DNA from: Chrysomallon squamiferum
Taxonomy: Eukaryota > Animalia > Mollusca
NCBI GenBank assembly: GCA_012295275.1
Contig: CM022679.1
Coordinates: forward strand, 22,134,001-22,198,000
DNA length: 64,000 nt
Reading direction: 5' to 3'
The position numbers were made by a program, and so were the translations under genes. Positions 25,101-41,147 of this stretch are shown one piece after another. The notes beneath the pieces were generated by a model. The model saw nothing but the letters and a program-made list of their open reading frames with translations. It was not told the origin of the DNA and ran no database searches. Each line of letters begins with the position of its first letter. Within the stretch, counting starts at the first letter, position 1.

Positions 25101-25708
25101 TCATTAGATTTTGATATGAATTATTTTGAAATATATGATATACTTTCGCAAATTATGTTTTAGATTGATTGTACTGATGAATTTAGCACTAAAAAAAAAA
25201 AAAAAAAAAAAAAAAATAAATAATAATAATAATAATAAAATAAAATTTAAAAATCAAAATGCATGCACTTAGCATTCGTTATTTTTCGTATGTCTCATTC
25301 GGAATGAGGTCATTCCACTGTGAATTGAACATGCGCAGTAATAATCAAAATACGTAACTGGAGGCAAACAAAGAAGTTGTGAGAAGTTATTCGATTGCAC
25401 TTGTCTGCTTTCCTTTGTGTTAATTAGCTAAGGTATCAGGTTACGTAATTATATGGACCCATTAATTAAAGTGTAACAATAATCCACTACCGCCACTGTT
25501 CTGTTCTTAAGAAGTGAAGTAATTAGTGTCTTGGTTGCATAGGAAACAATGTATTCAACTTTAGAGGTTTGCTTTGATCGTAGACAAATTCATAGCCTGG
25601 GTACATTTTGAATACTTATTTATTTATTTATTTATTTATTTAATTGATTAAATGATGTCTATTTTTTTTTTTTTTTTCCCTTTTTTTATTGTTGTTACAT
25701 TTTTAATT

Positions 25709-25739
<31 letters not shown>

Positions 25740-26484
25740 TTTTTTATTTATTTATTTATTTATTTTCAAAAGTTTAAAGCTAATTGAATTTGAGACGAGA
25801 TTTCGAACATGGTCGAAGACCGAGACCGAGATTTCCTGTTTTTCATTGCAAATGTACTTGAATAAATCTTTTAAATTCTAAATTTTACACAGATTAAAAA
25901 CACAGGTACCCGTTTCTAATAAGTATTTTTGCTAATCGATAACACAGCAAAAATCACACAACATGCAATTTTAATTGCTTTTTTCTTCCTTTGACAAAAT
26001 TTTCTCCGGTATTTTAACCAAATATCGGAAGGCTGTTTGCCCTCGACCCCGGGTACCCTTCGTCGAAAGCCCATGTTTTATGAATCCTCAGGAAAGTACA
26101 GTACTGAAGTAACTAGACTGGTTAATTGTTAGAAAAGACATGTTTCCAGAATATCTAAAACAAAAACGTGGAAGTACACAAAGTTTATTTATGCCTACTA
26201 TACATTTTCCAAAAATGTAACCTTTAAAAAGAAGAGTAAAAAAATATCCATATATCTGATAATTATCTTTAATTTTATTCTGTCACTGATTCATTTGATA
26301 TTTTAATTCCTTGAATGGTTCCCTATTTATTTGTTTATTTGTTTGTTTCACTTTTTCATTAATAAAAAAAGAAAAAATTCTCCAGTAAATAAAACAGTCA
26401 TTATAATATCAAACAAAATAATTGTATATTTTAAAATTGAGGATAAAAATTACTACATATTTTGAAAGCAAAGACTACAGTGTA

Positions 26485-26674
26485 TGGGTACGGGAACTCT
26501 TTTTACGCGTCCACTTCCAAATCAAGGTTCAGGCACGCCTATCTCGAATCCGATCTCTGAGATCGCCAGGGATGGGTTCCGGGATAGGAGAGGGGTAGGG
26601 GAGAAGGTGAAGTGTTTGAAGTGGGTAATTTGCAATTAGCATCAAGTGCTTTTCAGTTAACAAGAACCAAAATA

Positions 26675-26705
<31 letters not shown>
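26485..26705 (+). mobile_element. Short GC-rich, interspersed-repeat-like element ending in an A tract (SINE-like)
   Basis: Abrupt GC-rich block of about 190 nt (GGGTACGGGAACTC...GGGGTAGGGG...) in an AT-rich background, ending in about 26 A at 26680-26705. No clear target-site duplication. Confidence 0.4.
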
Positions 26706-27541
26706 TTTGTAGTTGTTGTTGTTGTTGTTGTATTTATAAATGGGAATAACGCTATTTTCATTAAGGTTATTGTTTTATAGATTACAGTAAGAATACGTTT
26801 TCTCAGAACACATTATACATGCAGTGTATATTTTTCTTCATTCGCATAATTAAGTCAAGGATAGCCCGGATTAAGGTCAAGTGTAAACCTTTTGTATAAT
26901 GAGTAAAATAACTGACTTCGAGTACTTCGCATTTCTGTTATTATTAACACTACCTGAAGGCCAGCGCTTCTCAGTGTGTGTGGTATATCGGTACATTGAA
27001 TATTACGTCACTACGTAGTATATTACGTTTATCTGTTATTACGTACATGTTTGACGTATATGTTTCTACCTGTATTATGATACAATTATGGCATAAGTCG
27101 CATGCAATTAGAGTTTACCATTGTTAGTTATGTATAATTATCACTGACAGAGATACAATAACAGTATGAAATGATCGTAATGCACACACTATTTATGTTG
27201 TATATTAATTTATATTCATCTCGCTTTATGATTGGACATATTTCATGAACTGATTCCTAGCAATGGAAATTTGATCATTAAGATTTTAAAATAGTCGCCG
27301 TAATGAATGGTCGATAATAATACGGCTACAGATCGTGCTTACGTAAGACACTATAATTACGAAACTGCTGTGAAATGTATAAAATGTGAATCGCAATAGA
27401 TAACGCTAATAAACTGTGATAATCACCAGAATCAGTCTACTGCATCCCACAAATCAAAGTAGTTCTCATTTATTATTATTATCATCATCATCATCATCAT
27501 CATCATCATTATTATTTTTATCATTATCATTATCATCATCA

Positions 27542-27584
<43 letters not shown>

Positions 27585-29096
27585 CATCATTATTAAGACA
27601 ATAACCACACTTTAGTCACAATTCCTGTGTTTAATATTACTAACAGCATTAAAATGTTCTGTGTGATCTTGTGTCTCAATGGGTTAAAGATTTCCATATT
27701 TAATCAATAATGTACCAACACAAATATTTTTATATTTATTTATTTTTTACATTTTTTTTTATTTTTTTTTTTAAACCAACGTTTATATTTCAACACCATG
27801 ACGTCTCCCACCTTTTTCAAACCATGGATCCGATCCTGCACATTATTTCTTGCGAAGGGCGCAGTAACAAAGATATTTATTTGTGCATTATCTGTTACAA
27901 GTTTAGTTGTACTGCACACAAGATCAACCACGACACATTGGCTCCCGGCACAACTACGTCATGATAATACAGATGTCATGATAATACAGATAATACAGAT
28001 AAAATTCGGAGCAATAGCCTTTATTAAAAGTACATCTAAGTACATATATGCTACCAAAAAAATACATAGTTTTAATAACATACAGTCAGTCGTCGTATCC
28101 ATTTTCATAGGTTCGAGATAAAAATGTATATAAATTTTAGTGCATAATTTGATTTAGATGAAGCATATAGGGGTCCGTTTAAGGAGTTTAAAATACATAA
28201 TATCTGATCCTTGTGTCAACGAATTTTCCTTCATGGGGGTCACTAGAGCAAAAAACTTAAAAGTGTATAGATAGGAAGTTTCCATTAAAGTATTCGGTTA
28301 AGTATTTAAACATATATATATATCTAATCTATTGTGAATAACCGGAGTGAAAATGGGCTTGCTATATGACCTCAGCAAAAAAAAAAAAAAAACAAATTTC
28401 GTTGTAACAATTTTGTTGATAAAGAAATGGGGCGACTTAAAGAAGTCACGTGGTTCAAAGGTCATGCACGATCGTACCAGTTTGACTTGCCAGAAGGTGA
28501 CGGGGTTAAAGAGAGGATAACGGAGGGGGGGGGAGAGAAAAGAAAGAAAGGAAAAGAAACTGATGACTGGTTTAATAAGAAAATAGTACAGGTAATGTGG
28601 TATAAATAGTTAAAAGTTTCTCTGTTTACGCGCGCGCGTGCGCACACACACACATTCAGCACATACATATAACAAACAGATATAACACACACACAAAAAA
28701 AAGAAATAAATGCATAGACGAACACATACGTACATATTTGTACAAAAGAATCTTTTTTTTTTTTTTTTTACATCAGTAAGAATACAAATAAAATAATAAA
28801 ATCACTGATGCGCCACTCCTCTTTCCAAACAATGCATAAATATCATTTAACAGGTATATTATGTAGCACGAGGAATTCCTTTTGTATGGATTTAGAGGCG
28901 TATTCTGGATTGTTAAAAAAGAAGAAAAAAGAAAAGAAAATTAAAAGAAAATAGGATTTTATTACTGTGGTGGAAATAATTTCCTTTACGAAATGAGTAT
29001 GATTAAAAAGAAGAACAGAGAAAAACAACAAACAAGCCAAAACAAAACTATCGATCGGTAAAAAGTAGATGGAATGAGCAACATATGTTGTTCATG

Positions 29097-29189
<93 letters not shown>

Positions 29190-30868
29190 TAACGTGATAC
29201 CATGATCACCTTTCAGCCGAAAAGATATCAAAGCCATGATAATTAGATGTGTATCTAACTGGTATTTGCGTTATACAGCAAACCCAGCATTTCAACAACA
29301 AACAGAAAGCCACAACTGTAAAATCCTAACAACCCTAACAAAAATAGCAACAAGAAAACATTCCTTCCTTCAAAACAAACAAACGAACAAACAAAAAAAC
29401 AACAACAACAACAACAAAAAACACACATACACAGAGAGAAAAAAACAACAAGAAAATAAACAAAAACAGCAAAACAACAATGAAAAGCCATGTCGGTCGG
29501 GAACAAATGGGCTGAAGACTACCGAAAGTGTTCCCTCCCTTTGACAGTCAGTTTTTAACAGGTTAAAACTGGTTTCTGCTGGTTGACTCTTTTAAATTTT
29601 GTTCTGCGGTATGCTTTCTATTTTCTGTCATTGATTGGTGACCTTGTTTTCAATTGTTAATATTCAGAGTGATACAAAAACAAAACAAAGACAAATGCTA
29701 TGACAACAATGATGATTTACAGAGTTATGTACTCACACATAAGAATGTGTCAGCCTCTGCTTGCCTGCCTCAGTCTGTCTCTCTGTGTGTATTTGTATGT
29801 GTGCGCGTGTGCGTATGTGTGAGAGAGTTTTGAAACCAAATTTCAGGCAAGCGTAAACAATCTGTTTTATCTTGATAAAATTTACCATTTTATTTACTTA
29901 CTTAAAAATTTATTATTTTGTTTATGCCTAGACCATCTAATAAATATCATAAACTTAACCTACATGCATTATTTAAATGATACGTAATTAAAGTTTTATA
30001 TATATATCACAAGATGCCAGAATTATTACTTCTTCTCCTGATTACAGTGTGGATGGGTGTGTTCAAGTATTTCAGTTGACAAATTGTTAGGAATAAACAA
30101 TAAATAATAGTATTCTGTTTACAAAATGTTTTCGAGACACTAATGTTTTATTTTTTTTTAATATTTTTTTATTTTAAAAATAGCAATCGACGACTGCTTT
30201 CCGACAAAACAGACATAGAATGTATATTTTTTGTTGATGTTGTTATCGAGTTGTTTGACCTTACTACTTATCACCTGATTCAGATCGCCGAATCGACTTG
30301 GTGAAAAAAAAAAAAAAAAGTTGATTTCCACATGTGTTTACGTATACACATTTTAATGTCAGAAACAGTTAAGGTTAACCTTTTTGCTTCTTTTTCATTT
30401 ATATTTATTTATTTATTTATTTATTTATTCATTCATTCATTTGTTTGTTTTAGCTGCAGACATGAATTCAGGGCAGGATCAATTTTCAGCATTATGGGGA
30501 GATAACCGATGTTTATAACTTACTTTTATTCACACTGTATTTTCTGCGGAATCTTGGAAACAGCAAAATACAAAAATCACACGTATTCAATTTATAAACC
30601 TTTGTACGCTTAGGCTAGTAATGATCAGTTATCTAACACATGACTAAAGTACGTTTAGAAGATAATCTTATTGAATGACGTCAGCAAAATGACCGATATG
30701 ATTATGAGCAGATATGAAAAACTTGGAGGAAACGTCCATGCAGGTTATATTATTGATGACGAAGAACCGTTACAATGGAAATAAAGTAAAATAAATATAT
30801 GGCTATGAATATAATTATATTTTACAGTATGTACGTACATGCATATTAAATTATTGAATAATTTCTCA

Positions 30869-30928
<60 letters not shown>

Positions 30929-32380
30929 ATAAATAAATAATACTGGAGCATCAATCTTAACAATTCTTATACACTAAAGAAGAAAAGACAATAAATTATT
31001 TTAATGATATTTACGAACATGCGGAGAAAAGTATCCTCTTTTGACTATGCATCAATAATTCACTGATACTCTGGAACAGAAACTATTAATGCCCAAGCCA
31101 CACTAAGTCCAAACAAGCTGTCACTTTTTATTGTCACATATTCGCCACCCACATTACGATAGCCATCCACACCCTGGATTTATATCCAGATTTCTGATTC
31201 GTTTACCTACCCAAGTTAACTGAGGAACAGATAGAAATTTACATCCAAGCTTCATTGATTTGATATGTCTAAAATACATCAATTATTTCGTTTGATAAAC
31301 TAGCAAACACTTCAGACGTAAAAGTATTGGTTATGAAGGAATTATGTCTTATTTCGCATAAACATAGCTGCAAAAAGCTATGGCGTCTTTTGTTATGACG
31401 TCACGCCGTTTGTTTTTACTAATAACGCACAGATGATTCATTTTGATTCGCTAGTATTGCATTTAGTAGATGCATTCAACTTTCAGTTTGGGCTTCTGCA
31501 AAAAAAAAAAAAAAAAAAAAATAAAATAAAATAATAATAATAATTATAATAATAATAAATAAAATCACTACAAACTAGAAAAGTAAAATGGCGGCGTGGT
31601 ACTGGCAAAGGGGTACGCTCATTAAAATCATGAATAATAATGAAGATTTTTATTCTTGTTCCAGAATGTTATTCCGGATAAATTTTAATTTATGAAACAT
31701 GTGCCAAAACTGTAATATTTATTATGCTGTTTGTTTGTTGTTTTAATCGAAATTTCAAAGTAATTTGTTTTCCATAAACAATTTTTAATATTCCGAAAAA
31801 TAATATGCATATACATTAGATAAATTTGACAGTAACCCTGAATTCCACCATCTGGAATTTTTAACAGTCTTCATTAAAAGACATTCCGAAAAACGACTGG
31901 CAATAAATGGAAATTATAGAAGTTATCAATACTGGGTTTGTTGTTGTTGTGTTTCAGTTTCTAAAATGGACAAACTGTAATTATATTAATAAAATTTACA
32001 TATTAGGTTTTCGCCAGTCCTTGTGATGCTATAAACTTTAAAATGTTTTAAAACGAACTAGATGACTTTATTTGCATGAACGATGTGTCAGTGCTTTACA
32101 TATACGATTCTTATTATTTAACAATCTTGTCATATTACTGTCTACACGTTTACGAGTTGTTGAAGCGTATGTCCAAACATTGTTGTAAAGTTGAATTGTA
32201 TTATATATATATATATATATATACACGTGGGGGTGGGGGGGGGTAAAGTAAAATATGTCCAACACTGTAGTACCTTTATAGTTGTAATTTGTACTGCTAA
32301 TATATATATGTGTGTGTGTGTGTTTGTGTGTGTTGCTGTATATATTTAATATGACCTGTAATAATCTAATGTGAGATATC

Positions 32381-32529
<149 letters not shown>

Positions 32530-35500
32530 GTGTTTTATTCTCGAAAGCGAAAGAGCGTGTATGTTTGGTGTTATATTCCAGGATAATTTGTCTGTCTGTT
32601 TGTATGTGTGTATTTGTTATATTCCATATAATTTAGGTTTCCGGAGTGCCCTCATCATAATCTGGAGACCCGCTCTAAAGCTGTTACAACTTTATGCATC
32701 CCACAGTTTTCAGTATAAGCCTGCAATAGAAGTTACACAGTGATAACGTCCAGTCTGTTGAAATACGTAATAATATTTTCGTTAAAGGAAATTATATATA
32801 TACTATATATACTCATACACACACATAAAAAGACAACAGCAATAACGACACATATTAAGGGTTCTGCAGATGTTTATTCCAGATGTCCAGAAGTTGAATT
32901 AGAATTTACTTATTGTACGTTTTCTATTTATTCATAATTACTTTTTCAGTGTACATACAAAATCATATACTGACTTTACTTAAAGCAGTGTAAGCTGAGG
33001 AAAACAATTCCGTTAAAGGTAAGATAATATATTAACATTATTTCGTTTTATTTGATTGTAATAGCTATCATAATATTAATTGTCTAATAATAATAATAAT
33101 AATAATCAAGTTAATGAGTTTAACTGAAACTTGCTGTTTGTTTTGTCATGCCTTGATTAACATTTGCCATCCATCTAAATAATCTCGTTTTGTACATTAA
33201 CCAGTTCTAGGCTGATACTGATCATATTAATATTAATTAAAAGAGCTACATTTTTCAGTTATTTGATACATTTTTATTTCGGTATGCGAGAGATAAAAAA
33301 TAAATAAATAACGGAACAGTTAAATAAACTGGCTACAGATACGAATATCGTTATGACATACATTTTAAAACGAACCAATGTACGTGCGTGTACGTGTGTG
33401 TATCTGTAAGACTTGATATAAAAATTTCCCCAAGATTTTACCTCTGGCCTTCATTTTACGTGCAAGACATATAAATTATTTCATATGTATACATTTGCAG
33501 AAACCTATGCTGAAAGGCAATACTTGAATTACTGGTTTTGTATATAGACAAGGACGAATATTTTAAGAGCAACGTAATTATTTTATCGATGAAGTTTTAC
33601 ACAGAGTACTTCGTACTGGCTGTAATATATACTTTTGACTTATAATTTCAAGAGAATTACTTAATGAAATTTGTTTTATATGTTTATTAAATGCTAAATG
33701 ACCGAAAAATTAAACAGAATTTTCTTATGGAACCGCTTAAAAAATAGTTTTCTAACTTAAATAGTCTGAGTCTGAAAGATAAAATAAAATAAAATAAAAG
33801 TAAAATGTCTTTTACTAAAATAAGAATATGCAATTGCTTCCGAAGCAGGCAGTAAAATAAATAAATGTTATAAAGATAATATAAATAAATAAATAAAGGA
33901 ATTTAAAATAAAATAAGTATATAAAACAAAACATAAAGAAAAAAATGTAAATAAATGAACTGTATTATACAGAAGTATAAATACTGAAAAAAAATAAGTA
34001 TACAGAAGTGTACAAAGTGGTGTAAAATCCACATTAAAATATAAACAATGGATCACCCAATAATATACGAGAATAAAATGTAAAATTATATATAAAGTGT
34101 ATGCAACACAAGGTGACAACATGGTCGCTATACACTTAAATAAAATATATAACGACAGTATTTTCTAAAAAGCAATAAAGATAAAATGGATATATAAAAA
34201 TAGCACTGATCTTAATAAAGTATTAAAACGTAATCTTTATTTTCTTTTATTAACTTTAAAAAAAAAAAAAAGCCAAAAAAAAAAGGAAAGAAAGAAAAAA
34301 CATTAATATAGAATTATCAGCTGTTTTTTTTTTTAATTTAATTTTTAATCGATCGTGATATAGTATACATTATATTTTAAAAAGTGAACTGACGAAATAT
34401 ATAAAATGTAGCTCAGACTTTTCAAATCAAGATATTAATTTCTAGAATAATAATTATCGGATATTTTTATCATTTTAGTGTTAAGAAAGTTCTTAAACAT
34501 ATTTTTTTTTTTTTAAAGTAATAAATTATATAAAAAGAGGCAGTTGCTTGTGGAAATGGCACTTTCTTACTTTTTCTTTTCTTTGGTATTTATTTCGTTA
34601 TTATTACTGAGAATAATTTAAGTTTATACATTGTTAAATACTTAAACATACCCTTTTACAAACTGCAAATGGAATATATATATTATATTCACCCTGTATA
34701 CATTTAATTATAACTTTCTGGAAACAAATATATTTAAATATCATCTGCATTACTTTAATAGAACGCTTTTCTAATAAAAATAAAAAAATAAATAAATCAA
34801 TAAATAAAAAAAAAAATAAAATAAAATAAAAAATAATCAAATTAAACAAAAAGAATTAATTAATTAATAATAAAAAGTTTTTTAAAAAAAAGAAAGAAAG
34901 AAAGAAAGAAAAGGAAGAAAGAAAAAGCCAACAATGACAAACACAAACAAATATTAAATGCAAAGCAACAACCAAAGTATTATTAAACAACACCTTAATT
35001 ATTATTTATAATAAAAATTAAAAAATACTATAACCACGTAATTAATTAAACAAAATATTTCATCTCCGAGAGCAATTCAATTATCGTGATTATAACAAAA
35101 AAATTGGTCATATTACGCTTTGGAAAATTGCCCTGATTATTCAGGGTCTAGGAATAAACAAGTAAAATTAACGTCCTGATTATTCAAAGACCGGAATAAA
35201 CAGGTACAACCGCATCCCAGTAATCCCTTCCTCTGTTGGAGTTTACATATATATATAAATATATATATATATATAGCTGATTTACCCTTCCTGTTTCTTA
35301 TAAATGGAAATGTTTCGTATAAAATGTGATTGTTTCCCACAACATTTGCATGTTTCATATAAACAGAACCCATTTCTGATATATTGTATTTTACTTTTTT
35401 TGTTTTAAACTTTTGACATTTTTTTCTTTTTTGGCTGCTGTATACCAATATTGCACTAGTTTTTAGAAACATAATTTTTTTTTTTTAGCTGATGTTTATC

Positions 35501-35583
35501 ATGCTGATTCTTCCAGACACGTTGTTGCAAGCTGGCGTCGTTGTTATTTTTGCTACAACATCCATGACTTCGTTTCTTTTAAA

Positions 35584-35795
35584 TCAGTGAGTTGGGGTCT
35601 GTCGTTTTGACGTAGGAAAAACAGCTTGATTGTTCTTGGCAACAAAGGGAGGGTGTGGTGAATGTTTTTGTTGCTGCAGTAAGAATAATAAATAAATAAA
35701 GGTAGGGGAAAAGAGAGGCAGATCGGGAGAGGCGAAGAGAGACATACAGAGACAGACAGAGAGATACAAAAAGAGAAACAGAGAGGCAGATTATG

Positions 35796-35845
<50 letters not shown>

Positions 35846-36450
35846 TTGTAGTTGATATCTAGATCTCGCCTGTGCCAGTTTCATTGAAATACTTTGATAT
35901 AATTTATTGTTTTCCCGCTAGACTAAACAAATAAACGTTAACTAAAAAAGTTCCTGTTTAACTGATATATTTATAGCACGATTTTATTTTTCTTCTAAAT
36001 CAAGGGAGGTAAGTCACAATATTTTTCTTATTTTTCTGCCCCTAAGCTACAAACAACAAATTACCATTACATTGTTAAATCAACAGTTTCGGCTGGAAGG
36101 AGGCGAATGAAAGGAAAACATGGTTGATTTTATAAGCAAAAGTGAGCTTAGACAGTTTTACTTTACATTATTTCTTTTCTTTTTTTTTTTTTTTTTTTTA
36201 TAACAGCTAAGCAAGAAATCGTAGAAAAATATCTAAACGGCTAGATTACCTATTATTACTATTGCTGTTGTTGTTGTTGTTGTTAAATTTTGACTTACTT
36301 GTGCGGGAGACGTTCTGTCCAATTTAGTGTCCGATTCCGGACTTCCTTTGTATATCTGACCGTCAACACCTTGAACCCCGATCTCGAAAACCTCTCTTTT
36401 TAAATAATAATAAGAAATATATTAAAATTAATACAGTAATAGCAGCAGCA

Positions 36451-36492
<42 letters not shown>

Positions 36493-36589
36493 TGATGATG
36501 TTGATGACGATAAAAAATGAATTAATAAATAAAGGGGGTAAAAAAATAAACATTAAATAAATAAATAAATAAATAATAATAAATAATGA

Positions 36590-36620
<31 letters not shown>

Positions 36621-37600
36621 ATATCAACTGTTTAAAAAAAAAAAAAATATTTTTGCTATTTTAATATCGGCCAGTCATTCATTTATTCGTCCTTTCATTC
36701 GTTCGTTCGTCGACTCATTCCTTCATTCTTCACTTACGGCTGTTTGTAGACGACTTGGCCGCCACTGGAGATTGGTCTCAGGTACATCAACGTGTGAGGG
36801 CCCCCGCACTGCCGAACAGTCGCATAGCTGTCAGGATTTTCATCCAGGTTAATACTGACAACACGTACAAATAAACAAATAAATAAATAAATAAATAAAT
36901 AAATGAATAAAGATGAAATGAAATAAATTAAAGTAAAATTAATAATAATAATAAAAATAAAAAGTAAAAACAAAATAAAATAGCATAAATAACTAAATAA
37001 GATATATATATATATATATTAAAAATAAAAATAAATAACTAAATAACATATATATAATAAAAATAAAAATAAATAAATAAATAAATTTAAAAAGTGACTG
37101 GACTTGAAATAAATTAAAGTTTAATTAATAATAATAATAATAATAATAAAAAGTAAAAACAAAATAAAATAGGATAAATAACTAAATAAGATATATATAT
37201 ATATATATAAAAAAAAAAAAAAAATAACTAAATAACATATATATAATAAAAATAAAAAAAAAATAAATAAATAAATTTAAAAAGTGACTGGACTTGAAAT
37301 AAATTTTAAAATTAATAATAATAATAATAATAATAATAAAAAGTAAAAAAAACAAAATAAAATTGGATTACTTTTAAGAAATATATATGTTGTTGTTGTT
37401 CTTAAATTCTTAACATATATGTTATAAAAATAAAAATAAATAAATAAATAAATTTAAAAAGTGACTGGACTTGTACATATTTTAAATTTCCAGAATGATT
37501 AGTGTTGTTGCTGCTGTTGTGGTTAATGTCGTTGTTATTTTTGTTGTTTTTGTTGTTGTTGTTCTTCTTCTTACTATTATGTTATATTATTATATTTAGA

Positions 37601-37659
<59 letters not shown>

Positions 37660-38240
37660 AAATTCATACCCCGTTTCTTTTTGATAGTGTCTCCTCAGCG
37701 TTTGAATGTCGTATAGATGCGACCTCAGTTTGGCTATCTCCTTCTCTTCCAAAGCTCTTTCCAGATTGTGAACGTTCCGGCGAAGACTGAAACAAACCTG
37801 ATAATATTTATACAAAGGAAACGGCAGGACAATCATTCACATTTTTTCAGTAAGACAATATTACTGTAAACGCGAGATACTAAAATGATGTGATATATAA
37901 ACATTCGCAAAAGAGGAAATAACTGAACTGCTGCTGATGTATACACTTGGACTTGTATTTTAAGAGCAATATGATTATTTGTAATTTTCAAAATGTGTTT
38001 TTTTTTTTTTTTTTAAATTTAATTTTACTTACATATGAAAGCATAACCTTTCTGTATACATCATCAATGCTTTTTAAACAAAAATGGTTTTAAAATAAAA
38101 TTAATAATAGTAATTGTAATGAGATATAACACTATTTCGGTGACGGTTTTCCACGCATATTAAGAGACTGAAGCAGTCACTTTTTGGTTCATAATTATCA
38201 TTTACGAGGATATTTTTTTTTTTCAGATGCCATTATACTG

Positions 38241-38333
<93 letters not shown>

Positions 38334-38538
38334 GACGTCTTAAGTTCACAGATTAGCGCTTTTTCGTAAACTGCGGACAAGTTATCATTCTCCATAATCA
38401 TGTTCTGTCAAACATTTTTTTTAACATTGCACCTTTTAGCGTTCTGACGCATTTGTTCCATTTCGTAAGTTACATAAGGCCGCAACGTCTTCCTAGGTGA
38501 CAGTGGCTGCTGGCTTGGCAAAGATGGAGTAGGCCTGA

Positions 38539-38596
<58 letters not shown>

Positions 38597-39113
38597 GTGA
38601 TGATGATGATGATATTTTTGACTTTCACTCGTTTTTGTCAGTGCGTGAAGAGAGGGACAGACATACATACAGACAGACAGACAGAGATAGAGACTAAATA
38701 TAAAAGCTGATAACTATGGCCTAAAAAGTGTGTGTGTGTGTGTGTGTAAATGGGTTCAGTTGTTGAAAATCACTTACCCGGTTGGCATTATATTAACCGG
38801 CCGATCACACGACAAGCAGTTGAACCGCAGCAGTAATTTCCTGAAATATTACGAAAAAAACCCCTGAAACATACGTTTAAATACAACTGTTCTTGTTTTA
38901 ATATTGCTACAACAACAACAAAACAACCATTTCTACTAGTCATACTATTAATGTTATTCTTACTACTGTTACTACTACTACTACCACTAATATTACTATT
39001 ATCTTTACTACTGCTATTACAAATATTCTTACTATTACTACTACTAATATGCTACTATTACAGTTACTACCAATACTGCCATAACGACAACTAATAGTGC
39101 TAATACTTCTTCC

Positions 39114-39151
<38 letters not shown>

Positions 39152-39621
39152 AACACCATAGAAAAATTTCTATTACAACAACTACAATCACTGCTGTTAT
39201 AATTATTTCTGACACGTATACTACGTACTTTCGAAGACCTGCTGCTGCATCTTCCACTATCTCTCCCGTTCCCTGTTTAATCTTTTTGTTTATTGCCTTC
39301 AGTCTAGTCTCCAGCCATTTCTTCAACTGCGGCAGTTCCATCCTGTCCAGCTTGCTGTCCAGATCATTCACAAGACTCTTGTACGTATCCTCCTAAAAAC
39401 ACGTCATTGATTATAATCTTTTTACGTAAGTAGTCTTAAAGTATGACGTCATAAAATACTACGGGATAGAAAGAAGATTTTTTTTTTTTTTTTACTTGCA
39501 CTTTCCCCCAGTTCTTCCCCAGATTAATTATAAAACGTTATTTATTTATTTATTAATTATTGATCCTGTTTATGCTGTATTAATTAAGTGACTAATAATA
39601 ATAATATAAAACAACAACAAC

Positions 39622-39684
<63 letters not shown>

Positions 39685-39824
39685 CATCATTTTATACGTT
39701 TTCAGACAGTTTATCCAGAATTTCCTTCATCATTCTATTAATCTCACTAGTAGTGGCATCAAACAGGTTCTGATTCACTTTATCCTCAAGCTGATGTTTA
39801 TAAGTTTTCTGCAAAGAAATAATC

Positions 39825-39886
<62 letters not shown>

Positions 39887-40161
39887 CCACATTTATTTAA
39901 GACTTAACAGTATAGGTGTGTAACAAAAGTTTATTAATTTTATAATAGCATTCACACATATAAAACACGTACATACAGACACACATACCTATGATATACC
40001 ACTGTAATAACAACAGCTATTAATATTTTTCTCTAATATTATTTTTAACATTAATATTATAACTTTATCTAACCGTTATGTTCTTTACATAATCATACTA
40101 CTGCTAGGCTAATTATCCTGCTACTGCTCTTAAATATATCCATCCATTCATCCGTCCGTCC

Positions 40162-40197
<36 letters not shown>

Positions 40198-41104
40198 TCT
40201 CTCTCTCTGTATATATAATATACTTACAACATCAATCTCCATCGCCAATATTTCAGCTTCTGCTCTACTACAGGTGTCACAGAGTTCTAAAATATTCTGA
40301 ATAGGGAGGAAAAAAATTAAAAAGAAATTTAATTATTAAAAAATAAATAAATAAATAAACAGTAAATGCCTAAAAGAGAAAAATGTAGCAGTCAATTAGA
40401 TGAGATAAATAAATTTAAAAATATAATTTAAAAAAATAACAGGTATATAAATCTTGGAGTACGGAAGGGCTCCGACCCTTGTTATGTTATGCTATGCTAT
40501 GTTATGTTATGTATTGTTATGTTATGTTATGTTATGTTATGTTATGTTATGTTATGTTATGTTATGTTATGTTATGTTATGTTATTCATTTATTTTATTT
40601 TATTTTTTCCCCTAAAACCAGATTAACGATAATCATCGTGAGCGAATCATTTTAACGTATTGTTGTCCAGTCGAGTATTATTTATATCATTTTATTTCAA
40701 CTAATTAGTTTATTTATTATTATTTTCATCATCGTTTTTATCATCATGTTCATCATCATCGTCGTCGTCATCATCGTCATATTCTTTACAACGAAACGTA
40801 TTTCAGTTCAAAAGCTATGTCGGGCTGTGATGTCTGTACGATTCTTTTAAGGATTTCTAAATTTATCATCTCGTGTCTTTAACAGACCAATTAATCGATT
40901 CACAGCGATAATCGTAATCGTCGGCAGTCTCCTCTACCTGTATATCCTGGTTCTTCTTGTTGTTCTCGTCCACTAGATCTTTGATGGCGGTCTGAAGTTT
41001 CTCAACCTGTCCCTGTAACTGCTGTATTGCTTGCTGCATTCGCCTGATGCATGCACCGCTCTGCAAGAAAAGCGACAGAACGTAGCCAGAAAGATTAAAG
41101 CAAA

Positions 41105-41147
<43 letters not shown>

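Noticed and set aside
25790-26075. CGAGACCGAGA repeats and a GGTACC-bounded GC patch suggestive of DNA-transposon debris
   Set aside because: No terminal inverted repeats or target-site duplication could be defined.
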